Below, one piece after another: positions 10,677-20,517 of a stretch of 64,000 nt of DNA. Both the position numbers and the translations under genes were made by a program. The DNA comes from Syntrophorhabdaceae bacterium (lineage in GTDB: Bacteria > Desulfobacterota > Syntrophorhabdia > Syntrophorhabdales > Syntrophorhabdaceae). The notes under the pieces were generated by a model. The model did not search any database, had not been told where the DNA came from, and saw only the letters and a list, made by a program, of their open reading frames with translations. The DNA lies in the NCBI GenBank assembly GCA_963665295.1, contig OY762209.1, positions 576,001-640,000 of the forward strand. Direction: 5' to 3'. The stretch's first letter is position 1. Every line of letters begins with the position of its first letter.

Positions 10677-11699
10677 CTAGGCAAGCCCGGACATGAGGCG
10701 GTTTATGTATCCGTCGATTCCGCCTTCCGCTGTTTTGTCGATTCTCTCCATTTCGGGCCTGATCCGTTTCATGGTCTCTTCATTGCGGACCACGTCGAGG
10801 GACAGGTTGCTGTAGGAGCTTCGCTTCAAAAGCGAGAATGCCTGTTTCTGCTCTTTCGATAGAGAAAGGTAATCGTCAAGGCCCTTCAGCATCCGCTCCT
10901 TATCTTCATCGAGATACCCGTTCACATCCATGAGAAGGTTCAGGCCGAAGTCACCGCAGACAAGATAGCTGTGCATGGCGTTGAGGTGCTCCAGGAGCAT
11001 GCGGATTTCCCTTATTATCTCTTCATCGGTCATGGGAAAAAAGGTGCCGTCTTCAACCATCTTCCTCATGGAGGACCTGGGGTGCATGGCGAAGGTACGG
11101 ACCCTGATAAAGTCCGGCTGAACCATGTTCAAAAGCCGTACTGTCTCCAGGGCATGCTCTTCGCTCAGCGTCCTGCCGCCGATACCGGGCATGATATATT
11201 CGGACAATTCAATGCCTGCTTCTTTGACGTGTCTGCCGCCCACGACAATATCATCCGGGGTTATCCCCTTCCTGATCATCTTCAACACCTTTTCGGAGCC
11301 GCTCTCCATTCCGACATGCAACCTCGTCAATCCGGCTTCCTTCAATTGCGTGAGTTCCGCGACGGTTCTTCTCTTGAGGGTCGGCGCCCTTGCATAAGAT
11401 GTTATCCTTACAATAGAAGGGAATTTCTCTTTGAGATACTTTATGATCTCCAAAACGTCTTCGGTTTTCAGTACAAGGGAATCGCCGTCCTGCAAGAACG
11501 CTGTCCGGACGGGATAGTCTCCGTATTCCCTCGCCATGCTGTCAATATCCTTCTTTACCTCTTCCACCGTTCTCCGCGAAAACTTCGTCCCCTTGTAGGA
11601 CGAACAAAAGGTACACTGATTCCACGGACAATTTCTCGTTACCCTAACCAGGAGGCTCGAAGCCTCGCTGGGGGGCCTTATGTTCCCTTGTTCATACAT
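10677..11699 (-). CDS. Radical SAM protein
   Basis: IRPPSEA.SLL.RVTRNCPWNQCTFC (CxxxCxxC); GMESGS; ATG at 11699 with AGGAG RBS. Confidence 0.9.
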   Translation of the reverse strand: MYEQGNIRPPSEASSLLVRVTRNCPWNQCTFCSSYKGTKFSRRTVEEVKKDIDSMAREYGDYPVRTAFLQDGDSLVLKTEDVLEIIKYLKEKFPSIVRITSYARAPTLKRRTVAELTQLKEAGLTRLHVGMESGSEKVLKMIRKGITPDDIVVGGRHVKEAGIELSEYIMPGIGGRTLSEEHALETVRLLNMVQPDFIRVRTFAMHPRSSMRKMVEDGTFFPMTDEEIIREIRMLLEHLNAMHSYLVCGDFGLNLLMDVNGYLDEDKERMLKGLDDYLSLSKEQKQAFSLLKRSSYSNLSLDVVRNEETMKRIRPEMERIDKTAEGGIDGYINRLMSGLA

Positions 11700-12217
11700 A
11701 TTATCAGGCTCCTGTAAGAATACCCCTACCCCCGTGCCTCCATAGTCCTTCACCGCCGATCAATATCAACATAGCGTTCCCTATCAGATAACCTTACCCT
11801 ATTCGAGCGTGTCCGTCCATAGCAACCCCCTTCCCACGGCTATCTCCCTGCGCTGTGGATCAGGCCCGCTACGTAGACCCTGCTGCCGTGTACTATCTGA
11901 TCAATATTTACGATGTGATATTGTCGTCTACGGCAAGTCAGAATAAATAGCCTGCTTCCGCCTCGCAAAGGGGCCTTTCCTTTGCGACGAGTCGTGGGAC
12001 GCCCCCCATTCCTCCTGTTAGCGTGACATCCCTTTAATGCAATTTGGTTTTCATTGACAAAATGACGTCACATATGATACTTCGAAGCCGGGCGTTCCTT
12101 GCATGTCCATTCCGTGGCGTTGGCGCGTGGAGCTTCCCCTTTATTCAGCCCCTGTTGCGCGACTGGTCCGGCGATCGGAGCAGTCTTGGCCTATAATTCC
12201 GGAAAGGAGCGAAGACC

Positions 12218-12655
12218 ATGTCGGCAGATGAGATAACCGGCCGGCAACCCCGTGGTATTCTCGTATTGAGGACCGTGGCGATGCCGAAAGACACAAACTC
12301 CAAGGGCAATATTTTCGGCGGTTGGATCCTGTCCCAAATGGACATAGCCGGGGACCTGATGGCATCGGAGATCGCCCGGGGCAGGACGGTTACAGTCTCG
12401 GTGGACAGGATGACATTCAAACTGCCTGTCCGGCTGGGGGAAGTTATCGGCATATACGCGGAGTTGGCAAGAGTGGGCACTTCATCCATGGACATCATGC
12501 TTGAAGTCTGGGCCAGACAACTCCTCGGGGCGTACGAGGCGGAACACCAGCTGGTCACGGAAGGCACATTCCGTTATGTCGCCATCGATGATGACGGCAA
12601 ACCCCGCATGGTACCTGACAACCCGCAATTCTTTTCGAGGCGCACGCCGGATTAA
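12218..12655 (+). CDS. yciA: Acyl-CoA thioesterase (hotdog fold)
   Basis: LRTVAMPKDTNSKGNIFGGWILSQMDIAG; FRYVAIDDDGKPR. Confidence 0.88.
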   Translation: MSADEITGRQPRGILVLRTVAMPKDTNSKGNIFGGWILSQMDIAGDLMASEIARGRTVTVSVDRMTFKLPVRLGEVIGIYAELARVGTSSMDIMLEVWARQLLGAYEAEHQLVTEGTFRYVAIDDDGKPRMVPDNPQFFSRRTPD

Positions 12656-12773
12656 CCGAAGGGTGCCAAGGGGACCGCAAACAACCCTGACGGTCTTCCA
12701 CACGATTACCCGTCTTCGTCATGCCCTCGCTCATGCCAAGGCCCTCCTCTGCGGAGGAGCAGGACGGGGCAAG

Positions 12774-13049
12774 GTGATATTCGAGCACCGTGTGCACGGG
12801 TCCAAAGGCATGGAGTACTCCCCTTCGGCAAACGCTCTCGACCACGTGAGCAAGGTGAATGACATGGCGGCCCTCCACCCAGGGAGCATAGGCGGCCCGG
12901 GAGAAGGCTTCGTCAAATCCGGCCGGGTGAAAATAGTGGATACCGGGAAGATAGAACGCCCCTTCGGCTTTATCACCATAGGCGAGCCTCAGGGCAAGGT
13001 AAAAAAGGTAATAGAGGCCTACCGCAAGGAGGCCGACATAGCCGAATAG
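12774..13049 (+). pseudogene. Possible C-terminal remnant of a PstS-like substrate-binding protein
   Basis: PGSIG...IERPFGFITIGEPQGKVKKVIE resembles PBP C-termini; no convincing N-terminus. Confidence 0.3.
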
Positions 13050-13169
13050 CACGCAGGAGCGAGCTATTGCCCGGGTAATCAGCCGACGCCGACGCCCGGC
13101 CTCTCAGGACGACGGCCGGCCGGCCGTGATGAGTGAACCGAGAGGAAAGGCTGCATGGGCCTGGTGGGG

Positions 13170-13440
13170 GGGTGGTCGGGGAGGGTTCTTCCCGGATGCT
13201 CCCTGGCGCTGAAATGTGACCCATTGCTCAATTTCACCGCCCTCGATACGCAGTGCGCAGCAAGTCTTCATTTAAGGGTAAGTCGGCAGTCCGCAAATCC
13301 TGCCTGTTTCGTCACGCCTGATCCTCCTGTCCGGCGCATCGTGCCCGCAGGAAGACGCGGTCACCGGTCGGCAAAATCGGGCAGGGTCCCCACATTTCAT
13401 CTTAATGCTCGCCACCGGGAAGAACCCTCCCCGACCACCC
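13170..13440. repeat. 271-bp palindromic element (MITE/REPIN-like) with perfect 26-bp terminal inverted repeats
   Basis: GGGTGGTCGGGGAGGGTTCTTCCCGG (13170-13195) is the exact reverse complement of 13415-13440; an inner TGAAATGTG/CACATTTCA pair extends the symmetry. Confidence 0.8.
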
Positions 13441-13522
13441 GGAACGTTGGGATTGGAGAGCATGTATTACCGATCGAGGCCGGTTCCTGTCCCCTCTTCA
13501 CAAGACGTCATCTGTCGTAATT

Positions 13523-13714
13523 TTGGGATATAATATCGTACACGGCAAGCGCGGGGTAAGCGCCGACACGGCCCTTCGCCTTTCCCGCTATCTTTCCCTA
13601 CCAGAACGTTGTTGGCTCAACCTGCAGTCAAGCTATGACCTTGAGGTCGAAAAAGACAAGCTGAAAAGCAGGATCGAAAGGGAAGTGAAAATACTTGAGA
13701 AAACAACCGCATAG
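13523..13714 (+). pseudogene. higA: HigA antitoxin, C-terminal fragment
   Basis: NIVHGKRGVSADTALRLSRY...WLNLQSSYDL; the N-terminal HPGE part is missing and no higB is present. Confidence 0.75.
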
Positions 13715-14191
13715 CAGCAGGGATGAGAGCCATTCGGCCATTCAACTGCGCGGGTCCCGAAAGTGCCCGGCTCGTTGTTGAGATTCCCTGTCGTGCCAAA
13801 CCCTTGTCCTGGCTTATTTTGCGGGATCACCCCAGAGGGCGGAGGTCCGTCGAAGATGGATCGTATTAAACGCCTGAAGGCCGTCCACGTCTACCCCTCG
13901 TTTTGAACCAAAATCCTCTATGTCTGCGGTCCTTGTCTGTCTGCTAAAGATCCCTCCTTCCTGAAGGCGAGTTTGTGTGTGTTTTTCGCGATATGAACAT
14001 GAACATATCATGTGGCAACAGATTGCCTCCTGCGTAATTAACCTCGCCGCGAAATGATTCTGTTTGCTGGGGTCACACGCGTTTTGATCCTCGTCCCAAT
14101 TGAAAATAGTAATGGTGATGAGGGGAAAACCATGTCAAATACTGATTGTGAAAAGTGTCGAATATTAGGAACTTGCGTGGGGGCAAAATGG

Positions 14192-14211
14192 TGCGGAAAA
14201 AACTAATGATT
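14192..14211 (+). repeat. Left arm of a 20-bp perfect inverted repeat bracketing the island
   Basis: TGCGGAAAAAACTAATGATT; its reverse complement is at 21779-21798. Confidence 0.75.
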
Positions 14212-14387
14212 TGTACGCACAAATCAACTACTCCTTCCTGAAAGCAAGTCTGCGGTCTCTTCCCCTCGTGTACTGAGTTTCATTCGGTAAAATACAACCA
14301 TACGGTCCATGGCAAGGAATTAATTTGACATTATTTTTGCCCAATACGAGAATAGAACAAATACCTTAAATAAGCAGGATAAGACGG

Positions 14388-17300
14388 ATGGTAGGGGTCA
14401 TTGAATTATTTAAAGGACCGACCCCGATACCCTTACGGCCAGCCTCAAACGGAGGACAGGAAGACAAATTGTCTGAGGAATTTAGTCAATCGGGTTGGGA
14501 TAAACTGAATGCTCGTTTTGCAGAACGAACTCGATGGGCCAATCTGTCAGTAACTATCGAAGAGATCGCAAAAGAAAACAGGTCACTTATCGAGAGCCTT
14601 AATAGGTTCGATCCAAAGTTTGCCATTCCCCTCCTGGCAAGCCTTCTAACACTCCCAAAATACCAATCGCATTGTATCCGCTTTGAAATTCTGGTTGTTC
14701 TAGCGATAATCCACTGCCGCGGCAGGAAAAAGGCGAGTCTAAATGAACCGATTCGCTGGTTCTCTCAGATAGGCGAGTCGCAATGCGTGTTAGGTGAAGA
14801 TCCTGCCGAAGATGTCTTTGTTTCTCTGGTGAGGGATGGCAAAGGAGACTACCGGCTTCTTCAAGGTATCTGGGAGTCCGCAGGTTTCTATACTCAATGT
14901 GTCTTGGACGCAATTGAGACCATGCCCAACACCGGCCAGTATGAGCAAATCAAGAAGAGCATCCGTGCTCTTCTCATAATATCCGATATAGTATGCAAGA
15001 AAGCCGGTCTCTCTCGCTATCAACTGGGTTCCGATGAGCGCTATTCAACGTTATCACCGCAGGCACTTCCGGGACGTAATGCCCTAATCTCTCGCGTGAC
15101 AATTACGTTCACGGAGTTGGATGAATACGGCATTACTCCCACCGATATCTTGCCGTTTACCTTTCATCCTGAGATGCGAAACGAATTGCCTATGCAACAA
15201 ATTGGCCTTAGTTACTTGCATCGCTGTCCGCTCATCGTGCACGATGAGCCTCGTCTCACGGTCGCCCTCCCTTCAGCCCTGTCGGTAGCAATTCGGGACT
15301 ATGCGATCGCAAATGTCATAGAAAGCGGACTGACTGAAACTTTTGATGATGCGCTTGCTCAGAATTACTCCAGACTATTCTTCGATACACCTCTCCTTGG
15401 CGGTCCAACGCGAGCCCCGGTCTTCTGGGAAAAGTCAGGTACATTCCAATGGTCGAATTTCTCCCTAAGAGTCGATGAAGGCTACTTCATCTCGTTCCAC
15501 GTGGTCCTACCGTCAGTGCAGATGCATCCCGATGGTGGCTTCAAGGGCGTCTATCGAGATGGAGGAAATCTGGCCAAAACGCTGCAATCTTCGATCAATG
15601 GGGTTGTCAAGCATTTCCAAGGGCAGAACGATTTCAAAGAGGGACTTGTTGTTCTCGTACTCTGCGGCTGGGGTAAAGGTTATACTACCCAAGTTGTCAA
15701 ACTCGCTGACCCGCATTGGCGCTTGGAAACCATGTCCTCAGCGGATCTCGTACGACTCAGTTGGCTTGGTGACATGAGTCCCAGCTACTTCTGGCGCATT
15801 CAAGACGGGTTGGAAGCCGTAAGGAAGGCTGGGGTCGAGATCGTCAATCCCAATGGGATTCTGAACCTGATCGGATGGGTACGCAGCAACAACGGCCACT
15901 TCGTGCCGCATGCACAGCTACCAGAAGGCGAGATTTCCCCAGAACGGCCCCTAATACTCAACCTCCCTCTCAACCTTCTGCGGGAAGTGCGCGCTGATTC
16001 CGATCGCGGTTATGACCGACACAGCGTGGTGGATAACGTTGGAGTTCAGCACGACGTCCAACACGTCTCGCCCAAGCCATTTTTCAGCAGCGGAAGCTCG
16101 CGACGTGTCTATGCCTCCATGGACGACATCGAAAAGGGAACGCATACGTCAGTGTATGAAGGCTCACTCAAGCTTTGGATCTCACTGACCGCGCGCAACT
16201 TCTCAGAAATAGAAGTCGAATCCCGGCTGTGGGAAATGGCAAATGAATGGCTCCGCCGCGTCGGCGATGCCCTCGATAAACGGTACGGTGCGATAATCGA
16301 GACGCGTAATCTCAAGGCCTATGTTGAATTCCATGACGATGACATACCAAAGGAAGGAGGAGATAAACCAGCTTTCGAAGATCTTCTTCCCTGTTGTATA
16401 ATAGAGCCTCACAGCGAGCCTAATGCTTGTAAAGCTGTCTTCCAAGCCGGGTTCGTAGCTGGCTTTCGCATCGCCGAGAATGTTGCCGAGCGACTCTTCG
16501 TCCGCACTGTGGCGCGGGCCTATTTGCATCTCCTCGGTATAGAAGATTGCGATGGTGAGGCCAAGGCCGTTGAGGCCCTTGTCGTTCCAAATGACGACGC
16601 GCGTAGCTTCCATCTCGTTTACGCGCAACAATTCATGGACTACGTTCGCGATACTTTGCCCAAAAAGCTAATCGCTATCGATCCGGTAGATGATGCCGCC
16701 AGCAAGATAGGCCTTGGTTGGCGTGTCCTTGAAAGAAACCAAAGCAACAAGATCGAAGGAAAAGATGCTTGTACAAGCTTTCTTCGTAAAATAGTTGATG
16801 TCTTGCTGACTGAAATTTTCGTCGCACTTCAATCGTTTAGCCGGCTTTCAGCGCTGATGCGCCTTGTGGCCAATTCTGAAAAAGCAAATGACGAGGCGTA
16901 CCATTGGGGGCGGACATCAGCAGCTCTCCTTGGTCTCCATGGCAACGAGCCAGGCACCGTCGATCGCTATGTCGAGCAGATGTCGAAGTTTGCTGGAGCC
17001 AATGTCGCAAGCCGTATTCTGATTGAGATCGGCTTATGTGTCTGTCCGGCAGGGGGAGGGACCCAACTCTCGGATATCGAGCTAAGCAAGTTGATCGCGC
17101 AGGCTGCCTTGGTAGTACGTATTGGTGGTCTCTCGGACGCGATATATTATAACGCGCTCGCCCCGGAACTCACTATTTCGCCTTTGGGTGACATCCTCTT
17201 TCGCAATGATTTTGGCCTCATGGTGGTCGAACCTATGCTGGCCCGCGAGATGGAGAACAGGTTTATCGGTAGTGCCCCCTTGCAGAGGAAGAATTATGAA

Positions 17301-18257
17301 GAACCCCCACTCGCTTCGAACGCCAAAGGCAATGTAGGAGAAGAATTCTGGGATGCATGGAAAATCGAGATGGGTTTTAATCTTGACGAAGGCCGAAACA
17401 TTATTGATGCTCTGGAAAACAAAGGCATTGAGGATCACGCTGCCTTATTAAAGATCCGGCAAAGCGAGTATCTAACTCTTGTCTGTTCCGACAAGGTTCC
17501 CGAAGACGCAGCGAGAAGATTTCTTAATCAGTTTTCGCTATCCACGAGGCCGCAGTGGGATAAACCTCCTGAGGGCTTCATCGGCAGAGATCTTTACCCG
17601 TGGCGCTATGGCCGGCGTTTATCCTTTGCAACTCGCCCTATTCTAATGTTAGATGAGACCGATGATCCCTTGCTGATTGTGGCGCCGGGTGCCCTGCGAA
17701 AGGGTTTCGCTTACGTTTTGGACGGTGCCTATAGTGGTCGACTTGAGCGGGCCTTCTTTCGCACCAATGAAATGAGGGATGCCTGGTTGGGGAAAGCACG
17801 GGAAGGTCACACCTTCAACGCTGAGGTTGGGAAGGCTCTATCAGAGGCCGGATGGCACGTCCGGGAGAATGTTGGCTTGCCCGAGCTTCTCAATCGCAAG
17901 ATTGAACGCAACTATGGAGATATTGATGTGCTTGCATGGCGACCGGATCGCGAAGAGGTATTGGTTGTTGAGTGTAAAGATTTGTCATTGGCGCGCAACT
18001 ATTCCGAGATAGCGGCTCTGCTTTCAGAGTATCAAGGCATCGAAGCGGAAGGCAGATCAGATAAGCTAAAAAAACACCTCGACCGGGTGGCGCATCTCCG
18101 CGATAATTCTGACGAACTTAAGCGATTTACGGGACTTCAAAGGCTACAGGTCATATCTTGCCTCGTGTGCAGTGGCGTGGTCCCTATGCAATATGCAAAG
18201 ATAGGCACCATCACAAATACCCGCGTCGGCAGAGTCTCCGATATTCTGAACCTCTAG
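14388..18257 (+). CDS. Large (1289 aa) protein with a C-terminal PD-(D/E)xK (NERD/REase-like) nuclease domain; candidate defence protein
   Basis: GHTFNAEV...YGDIDVLAW...VLVVECKD...KHLDR at the C-terminus; AT-richer than the flanks; TTGACA-17-GAGAAT at 14325-14353. Confidence 0.75.
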   Translation: MVGVIELFKGPTPIPLRPASNGGQEDKLSEEFSQSGWDKLNARFAERTRWANLSVTIEEIAKENRSLIESLNRFDPKFAIPLLASLLTLPKYQSHCIRFEILVVLAIIHCRGRKKASLNEPIRWFSQIGESQCVLGEDPAEDVFVSLVRDGKGDYRLLQGIWESAGFYTQCVLDAIETMPNTGQYEQIKKSIRALLIISDIVCKKAGLSRYQLGSDERYSTLSPQALPGRNALISRVTITFTELDEYGITPTDILPFTFHPEMRNELPMQQIGLSYLHRCPLIVHDEPRLTVALPSALSVAIRDYAIANVIESGLTETFDDALAQNYSRLFFDTPLLGGPTRAPVFWEKSGTFQWSNFSLRVDEGYFISFHVVLPSVQMHPDGGFKGVYRDGGNLAKTLQSSINGVVKHFQGQNDFKEGLVVLVLCGWGKGYTTQVVKLADPHWRLETMSSADLVRLSWLGDMSPSYFWRIQDGLEAVRKAGVEIVNPNGILNLIGWVRSNNGHFVPHAQLPEGEISPERPLILNLPLNLLREVRADSDRGYDRHSVVDNVGVQHDVQHVSPKPFFSSGSSRRVYASMDDIEKGTHTSVYEGSLKLWISLTARNFSEIEVESRLWEMANEWLRRVGDALDKRYGAIIETRNLKAYVEFHDDDIPKEGGDKPAFEDLLPCCIIEPHSEPNACKAVFQAGFVAGFRIAENVAERLFVRTVARAYLHLLGIEDCDGEAKAVEALVVPNDDARSFHLVYAQQFMDYVRDTLPKKLIAIDPVDDAASKIGLGWRVLERNQSNKIEGKDACTSFLRKIVDVLLTEIFVALQSFSRLSALMRLVANSEKANDEAYHWGRTSAALLGLHGNEPGTVDRYVEQMSKFAGANVASRILIEIGLCVCPAGGGTQLSDIELSKLIAQAALVVRIGGLSDAIYYNALAPELTISPLGDILFRNDFGLMVVEPMLAREMENRFIGSAPLQRKNYEEPPLASNAKGNVGEEFWDAWKIEMGFNLDEGRNIIDALENKGIEDHAALLKIRQSEYLTLVCSDKVPEDAARRFLNQFSLSTRPQWDKPPEGFIGRDLYPWRYGRRLSFATRPILMLDETDDPLLIVAPGALRKGFAYVLDGAYSGRLERAFFRTNEMRDAWLGKAREGHTFNAEVGKALSEAGWHVRENVGLPELLNRKIERNYGDIDVLAWRPDREEVLVVECKDLSLARNYSEIAALLSEYQGIEAEGRSDKLKKHLDRVAHLRDNSDELKRFTGLQRLQVISCLVCSGVVPMQYAKIGTITNTRVGRVSDILNL

Positions 18258-18660
18258 CTTAATTGCAGCCCCGGGCGCAATCTTTAGTTTACCGACCTCG
18301 TCGTAACTTCCGTACTGATCAGGTATTGTTTCTTACTTACGACAGTTCTCATGCTCAGCCACCAAGATAGTGGGCTGATGAAGGGTGCGCCACCGATGCC
18401 TACGCAGGCTCGATGACGCTTTCTATGCGTAATCTTCGGTTGCACCGCCATAGCCTCTTACCGCTTTGCAGGTGCACGGGCCTATTTTCGGTGTCGGCTC
18501 ATTTTGAAGAATTCGCTCAGAGGGCTCGTGCTGATGTACTTCCTGAAAGAGATTCTTTCCCTTGCTGCCCAGCATGAAAGGTTACAAGTGGTATTTATCG
18601 AGCAATTGCTGCATGCAACATAACATCGCTCTGCCGATGATATGTTGCAAATAGGCGAGG

Positions 18661-19801
18661 CTAGTGTACTGTCTCACTAATAGCTTTACAATTACCCTTG
18701 GCTATGCTATCATAGTGCATGTGGAATCCAGCCAGTACGCTAGACATGACGGAAGAGCGGAGAAAGACATTGGAAACATGGGTCAAAGCAAAGAAGACTC
18801 CCCAAAGGGTGGTTCTACGCTCCCGCATCTGCCTGCTCGCGGCAGAAGGGATGTCCCATAACGCCATAGTGAAGAGGCTCAATACCTCCCGCCCTACGGT
18901 GATATTGTGGGTAGGCAGGTTCAAAGAACAAGGTCCCTCGGGCTTATCAGAGGACGCACCCCATGGGCCGAGTTCAAGGCGCCTTAACCCGGAGATAGTG
19001 CGCACCATCGTGGAAGCCACACTCCATACAACTCCCAAAGATGCTACTCAGTGGTCCACCCGCACCATGGCAAAGGAGAAGGGCGTGAGCCATGCCACCG
19101 TGCAGCGCATCTGGGATGCCCATGGACTACAGCCCCATCGGGTAGAAACTTTCAAGCTGTCCAGAGACAAGAAGTTCGTGGAGAAACTGACCGATGTGGT
19201 GGGCGTCTATCTCAATCCTCCCGACAAAGCGGTGGTACTCTGTGTGGATGAGAAAAGCCAGGTGCAGGCCCTGGACCGGACCCAGCCGGGATTACCGATG
19301 AAGAAGGGGCGCTGCGGCACGATGACCCACGACTACAAAAGGAACGGCACTACCTGTCTTTTTGCCGCCCTCAATGTTCTGGAAGGAAAAGTCATAGGCT
19401 CCTGCTATCCCCGCCACAGAAATACCGAATTTCTTAAGTTCCTGCGTACCATAGACCGTCAGGTGCCAAAGGGCCTCGATGTCCATATGATTCTCGACAA
19501 CTACGGAACTCATACCCACCCCAATGTGAAAGCATGGCTCGAAAAACACCCCCGTTTCGTTCCCCACTTTACACCCACAAGCTCGTCGTGGCTTAACCTG
19601 GTGGAGCGCTGGTTCGGGGAGATCACACGAAAGAGAATTCGTCGCGGCATCTTCAAAAGCGTTCAGGAACTGGTGACCGCCATCGAAGAATATATTCGCT
19701 GCAACAACGAAGACCCCAAACCCTTCGTATGGACCAGGAAGGCCGAGGAGATACTTGAAAAAGTGAATCGCTGTAAAGGCGTTACTGAGACACTACACTA
19801 G
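18661..19801 (+). mobile_element. IS630-family insertion sequence, apparently intact
   Basis: Ends CTAGTGTACTGTCTCACTAA / TTACTGAGACACTACACTAG (18/20 inverted match including the flanking CTAG); TA at both ends. Confidence 0.95.
18719..19801 (+). CDS. IS630 transposase
   Basis: HTH plus DDE: CVDEKSQVQAL, THDYKRNGTT, ILDNYGTH, SSWLNLVERWF. Confidence 0.97.
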   Translation: MWNPASTLDMTEERRKTLETWVKAKKTPQRVVLRSRICLLAAEGMSHNAIVKRLNTSRPTVILWVGRFKEQGPSGLSEDAPHGPSSRRLNPEIVRTIVEATLHTTPKDATQWSTRTMAKEKGVSHATVQRIWDAHGLQPHRVETFKLSRDKKFVEKLTDVVGVYLNPPDKAVVLCVDEKSQVQALDRTQPGLPMKKGRCGTMTHDYKRNGTTCLFAALNVLEGKVIGSCYPRHRNTEFLKFLRTIDRQVPKGLDVHMILDNYGTHTHPNVKAWLEKHPRFVPHFTPTSSSWLNLVERWFGEITRKRIRRGIFKSVQELVTAIEEYIRCNNEDPKPFVWTRKAEEILEKVNRCKGVTETLH

Positions 19802-19872
19802 ACTCCTGTCGTAGCGGATTGTATCTCTTTGATTTCTTACGGAATATTCTTCAAGGTCCGATCCTTTATCTG

Positions 19873-19901
19873 TTGACATTCTCTCCACCAAATACTAAGA
19901 T
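19873..19901 (+). promoter_or_regulatory. Near-consensus sigma70 promoter facing the cassette array (Pc-like)
   Basis: TTGACA-17nt-TAAGAT about 30 bp upstream of the GTTAGGC core. Confidence 0.7.
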
Positions 19902-19920
19902 TTCCACAAATTACATACTG

Positions 19921-19940
19921 CGGTAGATTAATTGTTAGGC
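19921..19940 (+). other. attI-like site (core GTTAGGC at 19934-19940)
   Basis: GTTRRRY core exactly complementary to GCCTAAC of the next attC; not preceded by an attC hairpin. Confidence 0.6.
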
Positions 19941-19958
19941 GCAAGCATGTAGGAACCA

Positions 19959-20243
19959 ATGAAGGCTAAGATTGACGCACTGCAAGTCACCAGTCAACCG
20001 CTCACCGGCAATTGTTCGGGGGTATATTTCTTATTCGATGAACACGAATTGGTCTACGTCGGTCAGGGCTGGAATTGTTTCTTGCGTGTGGCCGAGCATA
20101 CGAGAAGGGATTCAGACAAAATCTTCACGAATTGGAACTTCATCAAAATTAAAAGTGAAAAAGAAAGAAAACAATTTGAACAAGAAGTAATAAACAGATT
20201 CAAGCCCAAATATAACAAGGTCCATATGGGAGACGGTTCATGA
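19959..20243 (+). CDS. GIY-YIG nuclease (cassette 1)
   Basis: SGVYFLF...VYVGQG...RVAEH...FEQEVINRFKPKYN. Confidence 0.88.
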   Translation: MKAKIDALQVTSQPLTGNCSGVYFLFDEHELVYVGQGWNCFLRVAEHTRRDSDKIFTNWNFIKIKSEKERKQFEQEVINRFKPKYNKVHMGDGS

Positions 20244-20434
20244 TTAACACCGGCAAGGCGTGTTCAATCTGTGGTAAGTGGCACCGTTTAGAAGAATATA
20301 CATACGGCAACCGAGAGAACAGATCTTACTGCAAGACATGCAACAAAGAAGAAAAGAAGGCATATGGAAAAGGCGGCGCACAAGCAGCTAGAGAATATAG
20401 AGAAAATGAAAGAAGTAAATGGAAAAGGGCCTAA
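20240..20434 (+). CDS. Small zinc-finger protein (cassette 1)
   Basis: CSIC...CKTC; ATGA overlap with the GIY-YIG gene; stop codon lies inside the attC inverse core. Confidence 0.7.
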   Translation: MINTGKACSICGKWHRLEEYTYGNRENRSYCKTCNKEEKKAYGKGGAQAAREYRENERSKWKRA

Positions 20435-20489
20435 CAATCGGCTGCACCGAATCCAGGCTATGCCCGTCTCGGTGAGCCGCATGTTAGCT
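20429..20489 (+). other. Integron attC site
   Basis: GCCTAAC ... CGGCT(G)CACCGA / TCGGTGAGCCG stem with an extrahelical base ... GTTAGCT; 61 bp. Confidence 0.9.
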
Positions 20490-20517
20490 CCACAAAGATG
20501 AAACTGAAGAGGCGACC

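Noticed and set aside
18258..18300. attC after the 1289-aa gene
   Set aside because: No inverse core or convincing stem
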